Of a stretch of DNA of 64,000 nucleotides, positions 48,895 through 60,689 are shown piece by piece. Position 1 is the stretch's first letter, and each line of letters begins with the position of its first letter. This stretch comes from Octopus bimaculoides (taxonomy: Eukaryota): the NCBI RefSeq assembly GCF_001194135.2, contig NC_068998.1, forward strand, positions 38,863,209 through 38,927,208, read 5' to 3'. A model generated the notes under the pieces. The model saw only the letters and a program-made list of their open reading frames with translations, searched no databases and was not told where the DNA came from. The position numbers were made by a program, and so were the translations under genes.

Positions 48895-49074
48895 GCTGGC
48901 CAGGCTGGAAGCCCAACCTTCAAAGTTTTTTACAGGACTTAGAAAAACTGAAGGACTGCTGCAATAAGTGTGTGAATCTGAGAGAGGAATATGCTGAAAA
49001 AAATCATAATTAACTGATGCTCCTGGATTTTTTTTCTTCATCCAAAGTCAGGAACTTTCCAGCACCCCTTCATA
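48895..49074 (+). mobile_element. mariner-derived MITE/fragment (transposase C-terminus plus 3' TIR)
   Basis: Degenerate ..WLEAQPS.F..GLRKLKDCCNKCVNLR.EY.., ending CAGGAACTTTCCAGCACCCCTTCA-TA. Confidence 0.65.
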
Positions 49075-49279
49075 CATTTGGTATTAAGAACAATCTTTCC
49101 TTGGGTAATTACAGTTAATTTTTACAAGTACTTGAAAGAAAATTCCATTTGGCAATGCTTGAATAAATTGCATCTTGAAGAGATAAGGGAAATGTTTTCA
49201 CACCATGAAAGACAAATATAATGATGATGTTGACAATGATGATATTGACCATGATGATGATGTTGACAACAGCAAAACA

Positions 49280-49710
49280 ATTATAGTCTGGGATATGCCA
49301 ATACACAAAGATAGGAAGATCAAGGCTAACCAACCAGATACTGTTATCATGGACAATCAAGAAAAAAGTACTTTCTAACTGAAGCGTCAATCCAAACTGT
49401 TGATAATGTACCTTTCAAAGAATACAAAACTGGAAATAGATCTAATCTGACTTTGGGGGCTGAAAACAGAATCAATCATTAGAATAATAGGTATTTTGAG
49501 AATAATTAAAAAAAACATACAAACATATAACCAAGACCACAGAAATTACAAAACTGAACAACATACAGAAAACAACACTTGCCACTTGCCATTTTAACGT
49601 AGAGCACTTTTAATATAAGAACAAAACCCAAGGCAAAACATTGCAGATACACAAGGCACACAGAGTTGTGCTTGATAGATCAGGAAAAACACACAACAAA
49701 AGACTACTGG
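49280..49710 (+). mobile_element. R4/Dong-type (RLE) LINE 3' fragment
   Basis: VWDMPIHKDRKIKANQPDTVIMDNQEK (RLE motif WD..I.TD..I..N.PD), followed by a 3' UTR with GGCACACAGAGTTGTGCT and a trinucleotide tail. Confidence 0.75.
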
Positions 49711-50040
49711 ATGACGATGATGGTGGTAGTGGTGATGGTGCTGGTACTTCTGTAGTTGGTTGTTATGATGTCAGTGGTGGTGGTGGTGCTGTGGTTGGTT
49801 GCGATGATGATGATGGTGGTGGTGGTGGTTGTGGTGATAGTGGTGGTGGTACTGTTGCTGCTGCTGCTGCTGTGGTAGGTTGTGATAATGACAGTGATGG
49901 TAATGGTGGTGGTGGTTGTGGTGATAGTAGTGGTGGTACTGTTGCTGCTGCTGTTGCGGTAGGTTGTGATAACGACAGTGGTGGTAATGGTGGTGGTGGT
50001 GGTGGTGGTGGTGTTGGATAAGGATGAAGATGATGATAAT
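49710..50040. repeat. GGT/GAT/GCT compound trinucleotide tract with an internal ~75-bp duplication
   Basis: Direct reading; similar tracts at 44595-44860 and 48838-48900. Confidence 0.85.
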
Positions 50041-50519
50041 GACTTCTTTTATGATCATAATGATTGTTTTATAGTTTCTTTTATAGGAACATCTGCCAGG
50101 TATATTATTATATAGATACACAATACATATATATAGAAAGATATATATATATATATATTATATTAGATCCAATACAATAGAAATGAAGACAGATGTGAAA
50201 GCTATAAAATGTTACGTATAATAAGTATATTAACCGTAACTTTAACAAGTTTTAATGTCTGTTGTTATAATTGAAATGGTATCAGAGTTAGAAAAACAAG
50301 AAAATTGATGGCAGCATTTAGAATCTTCCATCTGACATTGACAGCCTGTTTACCAAGGCAGAAAATGAGTCAATAGAGAGGTTAAATTCAGCAAGAAACA
50401 GCAGCCAAATATTTCTCAAAATTACACCTCAGCATCTTAGAAACAGAAGGACAAAGTACATGTTGCAAAATGTTGTCCTAGATATACAAAAATATTGGTT
50501 GGGGTTATGTTTATAGTAT

Positions 50520-50640
50520 GCTCTGATAGTCACCATTTATAAAAAGGAAGGGGATCAAATGGAATGTGGGAACCACCTGGGCATTTATCTGTTGGCCATT
50601 GTCACAAGGTACCAACAAAAATCATTCTCAACCAGATACA
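50520..50640 (+). mobile_element. RTE LINE RT fragment
   Basis: KRKGSNGMWEP.. / MECGNHLGIYLLAIVTR (cf. KKGDR..CGN.RGISLL.I.GK). Confidence 0.55.
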
Positions 50641-50654
50641 TAACTTGCCTCCCA

Positions 50655-51005
50655 ACCACATTGTTCTGGTTTCAGTACCACTGCATTACACCTTGGGAAA
50701 GTGTCTTCTACAATAGCCTCAGGTCAATCGAAGCCTTGAATGTGGATTTGGTAGATGGAAACTGAAAGAAGCCCATTGTATATATATTTACATCTATGTC
50801 TGTGTGTCTCTGTGCCTGTGTTTATCCCCCACCAGTGCTTGACAACTGGTGTTGGTGTGTTTACATCCCCATAACTTAACAGTTCAGTAAAAGAGACTGA
50901 TAGAATAAGTGCAAGTCCTGGGATCAATTTGTTTAACCAAAACCCTTCAAGACAGTGCCCCAGCATGGCCGCAGTCAGATGACTGGAACAAGTAAAAGAT
51001 AAAAG
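50655..51005 (+). mobile_element. CORE-type SINE
   Basis: Same family. Confidence 0.8.
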
Positions 51006-51019
51006 ATATATATATAGAT

Positions 51020-51330
51020 GAAGGTGCATAGCTTAGTGGTTAGGGTATTTAGCTCACAATCGTAAAGTCATGAGTTCAATTCCCGGCAACGTGTTGTGTC
51101 CTTAAGCAACACGTTGCTCCAGTCCACTGAGCTGGCAAAAATGAGTAGCACCTGTAATTCAAAAAGACAGCCTTGTCACATTCTGTGTCATACTGAATCT
51201 CCCTGAGAACTACATTAAGGGTACATGTGTCTGTGGAGTGCTCAGCCACTTGCATGTTAATTTCATGAGCAGGTTGTTCCATTGATCAGATCAACTGGGA
51301 CCCTCAATGTCGTAACCAATGAAGTGCCAT
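51020..51330 (+). mobile_element. tRNA-SINE with a different 3' body
   Basis: TAGCTTAGTGG / GTTCAATTCCC head. Body shared with 30720-31030 and partly with 37940-38100. Confidence 0.75.
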
Positions 51331-51341
51331 ATATGTATATA

Positions 51342-53510
51342 CAGACATACCTCACCATAAGTTATTAATTGGTTCCAGGAGACACGATTTAAGTCGAAAA
51401 TTTACTTAGGTCAAATTGCTTGTCTATAGGCCTAGCCTAGCCTAAACTGCTAATAGCCATTCCCCAGTGCTGTACTTTATTTATGAATACATTTTCAATA
51501 AGACATGGTTAATAAAAACAAATGTATTTATTATTTTGTAACAGAGTAAAAAAAAAACCCCAAAAAACTAAAGTATTTTAAATATTCCAATACGTACAAT
51601 TTGGTGGTGTTTACATTGCTAATAGCCATTCCCCAGTAGTGCACTTTATTTATGAGTGCATTTTCAATAAGACAGTTAATAAAAACCTATTTTAAGCTTA
51701 CAAACTAATTATCATTTTGTAATGAAGTAAAAAAAAAAATTAAGTATTTTAAATTTACCAATACGTAAAATTTGGTGTTGTTTACATTGTAGAAGTGGAT
51801 GGCCAAGGATTGTTGATGTCAACATCATCAGCGTTTAAAAAACTGGTCAAGAGTGCCTTGAACTGTTTACATTTTGTCAAGAATTCCGTTACAAGGAGCA
51901 AAAGCTTTGTGACAAGCCGTCATAATATTGGAAAAGCGTTAAGGTGGCGAGCTGGCAGAAATGTTAGCATGCCAGGTGAGATGCTTAGCGGTATTTCATC
52001 TGTCTTTACGTTCTTAGTTCAAATTCCACTGAGGTCAACTTTGCCTTTCATCCTTTCGGGGTCAATAAATTAAGTACCAGTTGCATACTGGAGTCGATCT
52101 AATCGACTGGCCTCCTCCTCTAAAATTTCGGGCCTTGTGCCTAGAGTAGAAAAGAATATTGGAAAAGCGTTGAGCTTTGGATCCATATCTTTGAACATAG
52201 CAAGACCTTTTTCGATGTGTGCAAATGCTTGCTGCATTTTCTCTATGGTGAAGTGGCAGGATTTAGTGTTTCATTCGCAAAATATGCATTTTTTAAAAAG
52301 AAGTAAAAAATCTGAAAATCAGCTATAATAATGTAGCCTTCCAGTCTCATTGTTTTGAAGGTATGATGTTGTGGAGAAAAATGTTACTGAGGTTAATCGA
52401 ACAAACTGGGTATTTTTAGCCAATAGCGAGACAGAAATTAAGGCGGGGCTCATTTTACAAATGAGAAAGACTAGATCCAAGTGGCATGGCTCAGGTTCGA
52501 CTTGCTCTTCTTTATTTTGTTGCTTTTTTTCTTTGATGATCTTCAATGTCACAGGAAATTCTGCTGCTGACTGTTTGTCAGCAGATGCGCTTCCACCTTG
52601 CTTCTTAAAGAAGTGATAACTTCTCCGGTTTTTAAATCTTATAAACCATCCTTAACTTGCCTTGAACACTACATCTTTCTCATCTGGGTATTTTTTCTTC
52701 AGGTCTCCAGACAAAGACAATGCTCTCTCCTGAACAATTTCTTGACTAAGAGTAGCATTCTGACACTTCTGCCTATCAATCCAAACAGATAGAAGATTTT
52801 CCATTTCTTCAAAGATTTCGCCTCTTTTCTTGTTGATGACAATGTTCTTCATCCCTGGGGCTTCCGATGTGATATGTGTTCAAATCTTGTCCTTATTATG
52901 TACAATCATCTATACGGTTGTCCGACCCACCTCAAAAGATCATGCAATTACTACAACTTTTTCACCTTTATCATGACGTTTTATCATCGCCAAGTTATCC
53001 TCCAGCATTATAATATGGTGCTTAACACTTTCACCAGGACTTTTCTTAGGAGGCATGGGGACAAAAATTAAAGTTACAAATGAATGTAAATGAGAGAATC
53101 TAAACGATAAACAGATGTAAACAAATCTGAATTCAAAACAATCGCAGGAATCACGACGATGCCTAACAGTAGATATTGGAACTACCAGTGCAATATAAGC
53201 TCCGAAAGACAGATAAATAAACCAACACAGCTGATTTCATGCTTCAGTGAACTAGACTACATTACTTTATGGTGTGTATTTTAGCATTTACTGTATTTTA
53301 ATATGATTTTATATGTTTTTATTATTATTTCTTACAACATGATTTTATGTGCTTTTAATGTTTCTTAGTGTTTTTATGATTCCAATATTATTGGTGGACC
53401 GACATAAAGTTGAATAAAGCGACTTAACTTTCTATTTTTCCTTATATTATTTTTGAAAACTGACGTATCATTGAGAACAACTTAAGTCAAAACAATCTGA
53501 GATATCCCTG
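51342..53510 (-). mobile_element. Tigger/pogo DNA transposon, degenerate and internally deleted, both ends present
   Basis: TA-CAGACATACCTC at the left end and the reverse complement of TA-CAGGGATATCTC at the right. From the ATG near 53054-56: MPPKKSPGE..LAMIKRHDKGEK..GRTTV..IFEEMENLLSVWIDRQ..LSQEIVQERAL (HTH-psq plus CENP-B HTH). C-terminal FTIEKMQQAFAHIEKGLAMFKDMDP. Most of the DDE domain is missing. Confidence 0.85.
51941..52154 (+). mobile_element. Second tRNA-SINE family (GGCGAGCTGGCAGAA head), inserted in Tigger with a 17-bp TSD
   Basis: AATATTGGAAAAGCGTT at 51924-51940 and 52155-52171. B box GTTCAAATTCC. The central TTTGCCTTTCATCCTTTCGGGGTC resembles the Meta/Sauria SINE domain (unverified). 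Confidence 0.9.
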
Positions 53511-53669
53511 TACATATATATGCATGTGTGTGTATAGGCACAGGCATGGCTGTATGCTTAAGAAGCTTGCTTTCGAACCATGTGATCTCAAGTTCAATCT
53601 CACTGTGTGGGGCAGCCTTGGATCAACTAAAGCCTTGTGAGTGGACTTCGTTGATAGAAACTGAAAGAA

Positions 53670-53899
53670 GGCGGCGAGCTGGCAGAAACGTTAGCATGTT
53701 GGGCGAAATGCTTAACGGTATTTCGTCTGCCGTTACGTTCTGAGTTCAAATTCCGCCGAGGTCGACTTTGCCTTTCATCCTTTCGGGTCGATAAATTAAG
53801 TACCAGTTACGCACTGGGGTCGATGTAATCGACTTAACCCCTTTGTCTGTCCTTGTTTGTCCCCTCTATGTTTAGCCCCTTGTGGGCAATAAAGAAATA
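53670..53899 (+). mobile_element. Second SINE family, inserted in a CORE-SINE with a 14-bp TSD
   Basis: AGAAACTGAAAGAA at 53656-53669 and 53900-53913. Confidence 0.9.
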
Positions 53900-55587
53900 A
53901 GAAACTGAAAGAAACCCATAGTATGTATATCTGTGCATATGTGCTTGTGTGTGTGTGTGTGTGTGTGTGTTCATTCATGTGTAACCTTGTTTTGACATCA
54001 TGTGATGGTTGTAAACAAAGTTCCCCATCATACAAGTGATGGTGTTCATTTCCAGTCTTCTGTGAAAAAACATTGTCTGGCCATGGGGAAATATCACCTT
54101 GCTTAGAAACAGGTGACAGGAAAGATTGGAAATAGGTGCATCAGGCAATAGCAAACCTGCCTCAATAAATTCTGTCTGACTCATGCAAGCATGGAAAAGT
54201 AGATGTTAAATGATAATGACAAAATGATTATATATACATGTATGTGATTGTGTGTATAAGGTTTCTACATTTTTAGTTTTTCTACAGATGCTTCTCATAT
54301 GCATATGTATAAATAAATTTATACATGCATATATCTTTTATATGTATGTATGCACACACACACACACACACACATATGAGCAAAACATTTGAATGTTTAC
54401 ATTCGAAGTAAGATGTTATTAATGTTAATATTATCTGTGGTGAATATCGTTAATTGATAATATTAACAGCAGAAACATAGGTGGTTCACAGATTTAATAG
54501 CATTATATAGCTATAAAATTTTAAGATTAGCACAGAGTATAAAGATGCAGGAAAAGCATCGACCTGTTTAGAAACAAGAACTAAAGTCCTTAGGGCAGTT
54601 GAATTAAGACTTTAGCTCAAATTACTAAAAAGGTTGATGCTTTTCCCACATCCTTATGCTCCGTGCTAATTTTGATATATATATATATATACACATGTAT
54701 ATATCTNNNNNNNNNNNNNNNNNNNNNNNNNNNNNNNNNNNNNNNNNNNNNNNNNNNNNNNNNNNNNNNNNNNNNNNNNNNNNNNNNNNNNNNNNNNNNN
54801 NNNNNNNNNNNNNNNNNNNNNNNNNNNNNNNNNNNNNNNNNNNNNNNNNNNNNNNNNNNNNNNNNNNNNNNNNNNNNNNNNNNNNNNNNNNNNNNNNNNN
54901 NNNNNNNNNNNNNNNNNNNNNNNNNNNNNNNNNNNNNNNNNNNNNNNNNNNNNNNNNNNNNNNNNNNNNNNNNNNNNNNNNNNNNNNNNNNNNNNNNNNN
55001 NNNNNNNNNNNNNNNNNNNNNNNNNNNNNNNNNNNNNNNNNNNNNNNNNNNNNNNNNNNNNNNNNNNNNNNNNNNNNNNNNNNNNNNNNNNNNNNNNNNN
55101 NNNNNNNNNNNNNNNNNNNNNNNNNNNNNNNNNNNNNNNNNNNNNNNNNNNNNNNNNNNNNNNNNNNNNNNNNNNNNNNNNNNNNNNNNNNNNNNNNNNN
55201 NNNNNNNNNNNNNNNNNNNNNNNNNNNNNNNNNNNNNNNNNNNNNNNNNNNNNNNNNNNNNNNNNNNNNNNNNNNNNNNNNNNNNNNNNNNNNNNNNNNN
55301 NNNNNNNNNNNNNNNNNNNNNNNNNNNNNNNNNNNNNNNNNNNNNNNNNNNNNNNNNNNNNNNNNNNNNNNNNNNNNNNNNNNNNNNNNNNNNNNNNNNN
55401 NNNNNNNNNNNNNNNNNNNNNNNNNNNNNNNNNNNNNNNNNNNNNNNNNNNNNNNNNNNNNNNNNNNNNNNNNNNNNNNNNNNNNNNNNNNNNNNNNNNN
55501 NNNNNNNNNNNNNNNNNNNNNNNNNNNNNNNNNNNNNNNNNNNNNNNNNNNNNNNNNNNNNNNNNNNNNNNNNNNNNNNNNNNNNNN

Positions 55588-55630
<43 letters not shown>

Positions 55631-56170
55631 TATAGACTCACATAGAAATCTTACATGTGTGAGAAGCCTGTGTGTACAACAGCTGAAATGTTGTGACTAT
55701 AGCAACCAAGATGAGGACAACAGTCTGAAAATGTCAGTGTATAATAATGGCAATTACTCATTTCAGAAATTCAGACCAAATTTGAACATGCATTTAGCGT
55801 TATTTAGTTCTGCTATAAAATTAATCATTGTGGCTTAATTAAGGAGCTTTCAGCAGCTTGGAATAAGAATCAAAACAACTAGTTTCATCTGTCTTGATGT
55901 AGAAGTGAAGTGAAATGGTGGACCAGCTATCATACAGCAAAATCATAGATCATGATTTCAAATCAAATGTGGATATTTTCATGCAGATTTATTCCATAGG
56001 ATAGTTTATTATATACAACATCAGGTTTACTACTGAGTCTATATATAAAAATTGGATGCAAGAACATCTGGAAATGTTAAATATGTGATACCCTGGTATT
56101 TTATTCTGCGATGATTTTAGTTCTCATCCCATAAACACCCCCTTAATAATATCATATTGAATAGCAGTAA

Positions 56171-56220
<50 letters not shown>

Positions 56221-56224
<4 letters not shown>

Positions 56225-56690
56225 GCCCAGATGCAGTATCAGGCAGTGGCTCTCATGGCTTCTGATTTTAATTGATTGGAAGTGTTATCATGTACATTGT
56301 TTCGTCTTGGTATAAAAGTTGGGCTACAGCAAATATTCTGCTTAATACCACAGATTTGCTTGTCAGTTGTTTGACCTTAACCAGTTGAGCATGTCCTTTA
56401 GTGGCTGATGATATGTGCATATCTGGTCACGAGCAGAAGTAGTGGTGGAGCATCATAGCCATGTGTTGAAAGGAGTTCTTTGGGGTTTGAATAATTCACC
56501 TTTGGAAACATGGGTGTTTTGCTCAGCATCCTTAAACAAACTTTATTCAGGGACCTTTTGAGCTGGATGTGCTACTTGACCTGAAGAAAATTCTAACTGG
56601 GCCCCACCTGTGAGGTCATGCGTTGTTTATTTTGATATGAGATCACCATGTCGCACACATATGGTTGTGGTGCATGTGCCTGGTGCATAT
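56221..56690. mobile_element. Second copy of the ~550-bp AAT-associated repeat
   Basis: Abuts (AAT)n at 56173-56223 and aligns to 19097-19565. It then diverges into a different sequence (56690-56890). Confidence 0.75.
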
Positions 56691-57299
56691 AGTTGCATGT
56701 CTAGACATGCTCATGTATACTTAAATGATAAACTTCTGGAAAGTTTTACAGACTTTTACAGTTCCAGTGATGGATTGGATCTGTAGTCTTCAAATCGGCT
56801 TTCTCCTTTCTGGTTTGGAGAAGCCTAATTCTTGAAGATTGGTATTTAGGTAGTGTTACATATCCCAGTGCCACAAGAATTACAGGTGTAAACTTGTATG
56901 TATGTATGTATGTATGTATGCATGTATGTATGCATATATGTATGTATCATATCTTTTATATTTCATTTGTTTTACTCATTGGACTGCAGCCATGCTAGAA
57001 CACTGCTTTGATGGATGCTATATGAGAAATTAACCCCAAGACTTATTTTTAAGTCCAATCCTAATTCTATTGGTCTCTTTTGTCAAACGGGTAAGTTATG
57101 GGGACATAAACAAACCAACATTGGTTTTCAAGTGGCGAGACAGACAAACACAAACACACACACACATATATAAAAAGCTTCCACACTGTTTTCATCTCCA
57201 AAATTCACTCACAAGGAATCGGTCAGCCTGGAGTTTTAATAGAAGACTCATGCTCAAGATGCCATACAATGGGAGGGAACCACACAGCTAGGCCTACAC

Positions 57300-57320
57300 C
57301 TGTATGTATGTATGTATGTA

Positions 57321-57358
<38 letters not shown>

Positions 57359-57646
57359 CATACACACATACAGATATATGTATATTTAAATATATATATG
57401 CATATATATGTGCATGAGCTTATCTATCTATCTATCTATACATGCACACACACACATATATATACATATATATATGATCACCAGTCCTCAGTCAAACCGT
57501 CCAACCCATGCCAGCATGGAAAGCAGATGTTAAATGACGATGATGATGATGATCATCATCATCATCATCATGTAACATCCGTTTTCTAAGCTGGCATGAG
57601 TTATATGTATGTGCGTGCATGTATATGAATTTATGTACATATGTAA

Positions 57647-57725
<79 letters not shown>

Positions 57726-57762
57726 CACACACACACACACATACACTATATATATGTAAAGG

Positions 57763-57808
<46 letters not shown>

Positions 57809-57965
57809 CATTTATGCATGTATGTATGTATGTGTATGTGTGTATGTATATGCATATATATTTATATATATCTGATATTTATGGTAGTGCTTCCAAGAAG
57901 ACTGCAACGTGTGTGTGTGTGTGTTCATGTGCTTGTTTGTGGGGTGTATGTGTGTGTGTGTGCAC
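57300..57965. repeat. Compound TATG/TG/TA/CA microsatellite block with an embedded RTE tail
   Basis: Direct reading. Confidence 0.9.
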
Positions 57966-58270
57966 GCAGATGTAGACAATAAACAGATGTGCTTGTACAC
58001 CAACCTCAGCTGTGGCTTGCTTCCACTGATAGAGATCTCACAGATTTGTCTAAATCTTCCTATTGTGGGGAATTAGGGATAATTTGTTGCTATAGTTACA
58101 ACGTAACATTGACTATGAATGTAATAAAGAACTTTACCTATACAGAGGTGAGATATTGTCTCTTAAACATGGTTAATAAAACTATAATATATATGTCTGG
58201 AAACTGGCTTTAACTTCAACACCAGCAACAATTTTACTTCTGCTAGTGATGCTATTTATATGTGTGTGTG

Positions 58271-58307
<37 letters not shown>

Positions 58308-58766
58308 TCTGACATAATTTATAGGCATGGTTATAGTCGCAAGCATGGTTATGTGGTAATAGTAAGAGGTTCACATCTCACCCACAGGGTTGCAGATTCA
58401 GCACCATTGCAGGGATCCTTTGGCAGGTTTCCTCAATTATAGCCCTGAGCCAACAAATGTTTTTGTAAGTGAACTTGGTAAATAAAAACTAAAAAACACC
58501 AATATGTGTGTGTGTGTGTGTGTCTATATATATATATATAAATATATATGTATATGTGTGTGTGTGTATTATGTATGTATGTATGTATGTATGTATGTAT
58601 GTATTCTTTTCTACTCTCGGCACAAGGTCTGAAATTTTTGGAGAGGGTGCCAGATAATTAGATAGACCCAATCCCCAGTATGCAACTGGTACTTAATTTA
58701 TTGATCCCAAAAGGATGAAAGGCAAAGTTGGCCTTGGTGGAATTTGAACTTGGAACGTATACATAC

Positions 58767-58810
<44 letters not shown>

Positions 58811-59034
58811 GTGTTTATTCTTTTGTCATCTCTTCTTGTTACCGCTCAATACTCAACTAATACTTCATTCAAAAGCATACATATATATTGAGTTCTACAC
58901 TAGGTTAGTAGTACCATAAAGCCTAAGTGAAATATATATATATATATATATATATATGTCTTCTACTATAGCCTTGGACCAACCAAAGCCTTTTAGATAG
59001 ATTTGGTAGACGGAAACTGAAAGAAGCCCATCAT

Positions 59035-59066
<32 letters not shown>

Positions 59067-59592
59067 CATCTTTATGGTCTTTTNNNNNNNNNNNNNNNNN
59101 NNNNNNNNNNNNNNNNNNNNNNNNNNNNNNNNNNNNNNNNNNNNNNNNNNNNNNNNNNNNNNNNNNNNNNNNNNNNNNNNNNNNNNNNNNNNNNNNNNNN
59201 NNNNNNNNNNNNNNNNNNNNNNNNNNNNNNNNNNNNNNNNNNNNNNNNNNNNNNNNNNNNNNNNNNNNNNNNNNNNNNNNNNNNNNNNNNNNNNNNNNNN
59301 NNNNNNNNNNNNNNNNNNNNNNNNNNNNNNNNNNNNNNNNNNNNNNNNNNNNNNNNNNNNNNNNNNNNNNNNNNNNNNNNNNNNNNNNNNNNNNNNNNNN
59401 NNNNNNNNNNNNNNNNNNNNNNNNNNNNNNNNNNNNNNNNNNNNNNNNNNNNNNNNNNNNNNNNNNNNNNNNNNNNNNNNNNNNNNNNNNNNNNNNNNNN
59501 NNNNNNNNNNNNNNNNNNNNNNNNNNNNNNNNNNNNNNNNNNNNNNNNNNNNNNNNNNNNNNATTTTTCTGCCATTTATGTCTTTATATATG

Positions 59593-59640
<48 letters not shown>

Positions 59641-59642
<2 letters not shown>

Positions 59643-59812
59643 AGGGATGCCGAATAGTTCCTGACTTTAAGGGTATCATGAAAGGCCTTGTTGGAGGCCT
59701 AACCTTCTGAGTTCTTTTACAAGGGGGCTTAGAAAAGCTGAAGGACTGCTGCAATAAGTGTGTGAATCCGAGAGGGGAATGTCTTGAATAAAATTATAAT
59801 TAACTGATCCAC
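59641..59812 (+). mobile_element. mariner-derived MITE (5' TIR joined directly to the C-terminal coding part)
   Basis: TA-CAAGGGATGCCGAATAGTTCCTGAC matches the reverse complement of the 49074 end. The body aligns with 48905-49020. Confidence 0.65.
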
Positions 59813-60053
59813 TCACAATACCTCACTGGACAAAATGCTTAGCAGCATTTCATCCCGAGTTTAAATTCAGACAAGGTCCACTTTGCCTTTCATCCTTTGT
59901 GAGTCAATAAAATAAGTACCAACTGGACACTAGGATTGATGTAATAAACTTACCCCTCCTCCAACATTGCTGGTCTTGTGCCAAAATCTGAAACCAATGT
60001 GTGCGTGTTTGTGTGTGTGTGTGTGATTCCTTGTCTTGTACATGAAAGTCACT

Positions 60054-60198
60054 TATTTACATTATCTACATTTGACGGTTATTTGTACTCATATTGTGAG
60101 CACATTTCAGCTGATATACCCTCCAGCCTTCATCAAGTGTCTTGGGAAAATTTCGAACCTGGGTTCTCATTCCTAAGGTATTTTTTGATGTTGCCGTC

Positions 60199-60247
<49 letters not shown>

Positions 60248-60400
60248 TCACTGCTTGGAATTGAACTCGGAATCTTGGGGTTAGTAGCCCACGCTCTTGA
60301 CCACTATGTCATATGCCCATGACAAATATCCGTCAAATGTAAATAATGTAAATAATTGAAATAATGTGCATAATTCCTCATCTCTTAAATATAGAACTGT
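60054..60400 (-). mobile_element. Third copy of the tRNA-headed HHR element: inverted near-full monomer (60054-60321) joined to a forward 3' tail (60321-60400)
   Basis: Same head, (AAT)n and HHR order as at 34.5 kb. The core is decayed (TTGATGA...CTGAAAT). A 12-bp direct repeat ATGAAAGTCACT lies at 60042-60053 and 60401-60412. Confidence 0.8.
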
Positions 60401-60689
60401 ATGAAAGTCACTGTCATCCAATCTTCCTGGATTAAAACTTAATCAGTCATTAAAACTTGATCAGTCATGGGGAAATATTACCTAGTTTTTCAGAAGGATG
60501 TTTGAGGCATTTTCATTGCCCCACCAAAATTTTAAGGGCCGCAATTTGCACCACCTATTTCCAAGACTATGCAAACAAATTACATTAAGGATGAGTGTGT
60601 GTCTGGGGAATATTCATGCATTTTACATGCTAATTTAACAAGTAGGTTGTCCAGATGTTTGATTTCTTTATTGCCAAAGATTATAAAAT

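Noticed and set aside
54617-55838. ORFs of 240-390 aa here and at 43074-43831, 59072-59664 and 62182-63144
   Set aside because: Composed almost entirely of X from N gaps.
57987-58147. Candidate exon ending GAG|GTGAGA
   Set aside because: Poor acceptor context (follows TG repeats) and no homology recognised.
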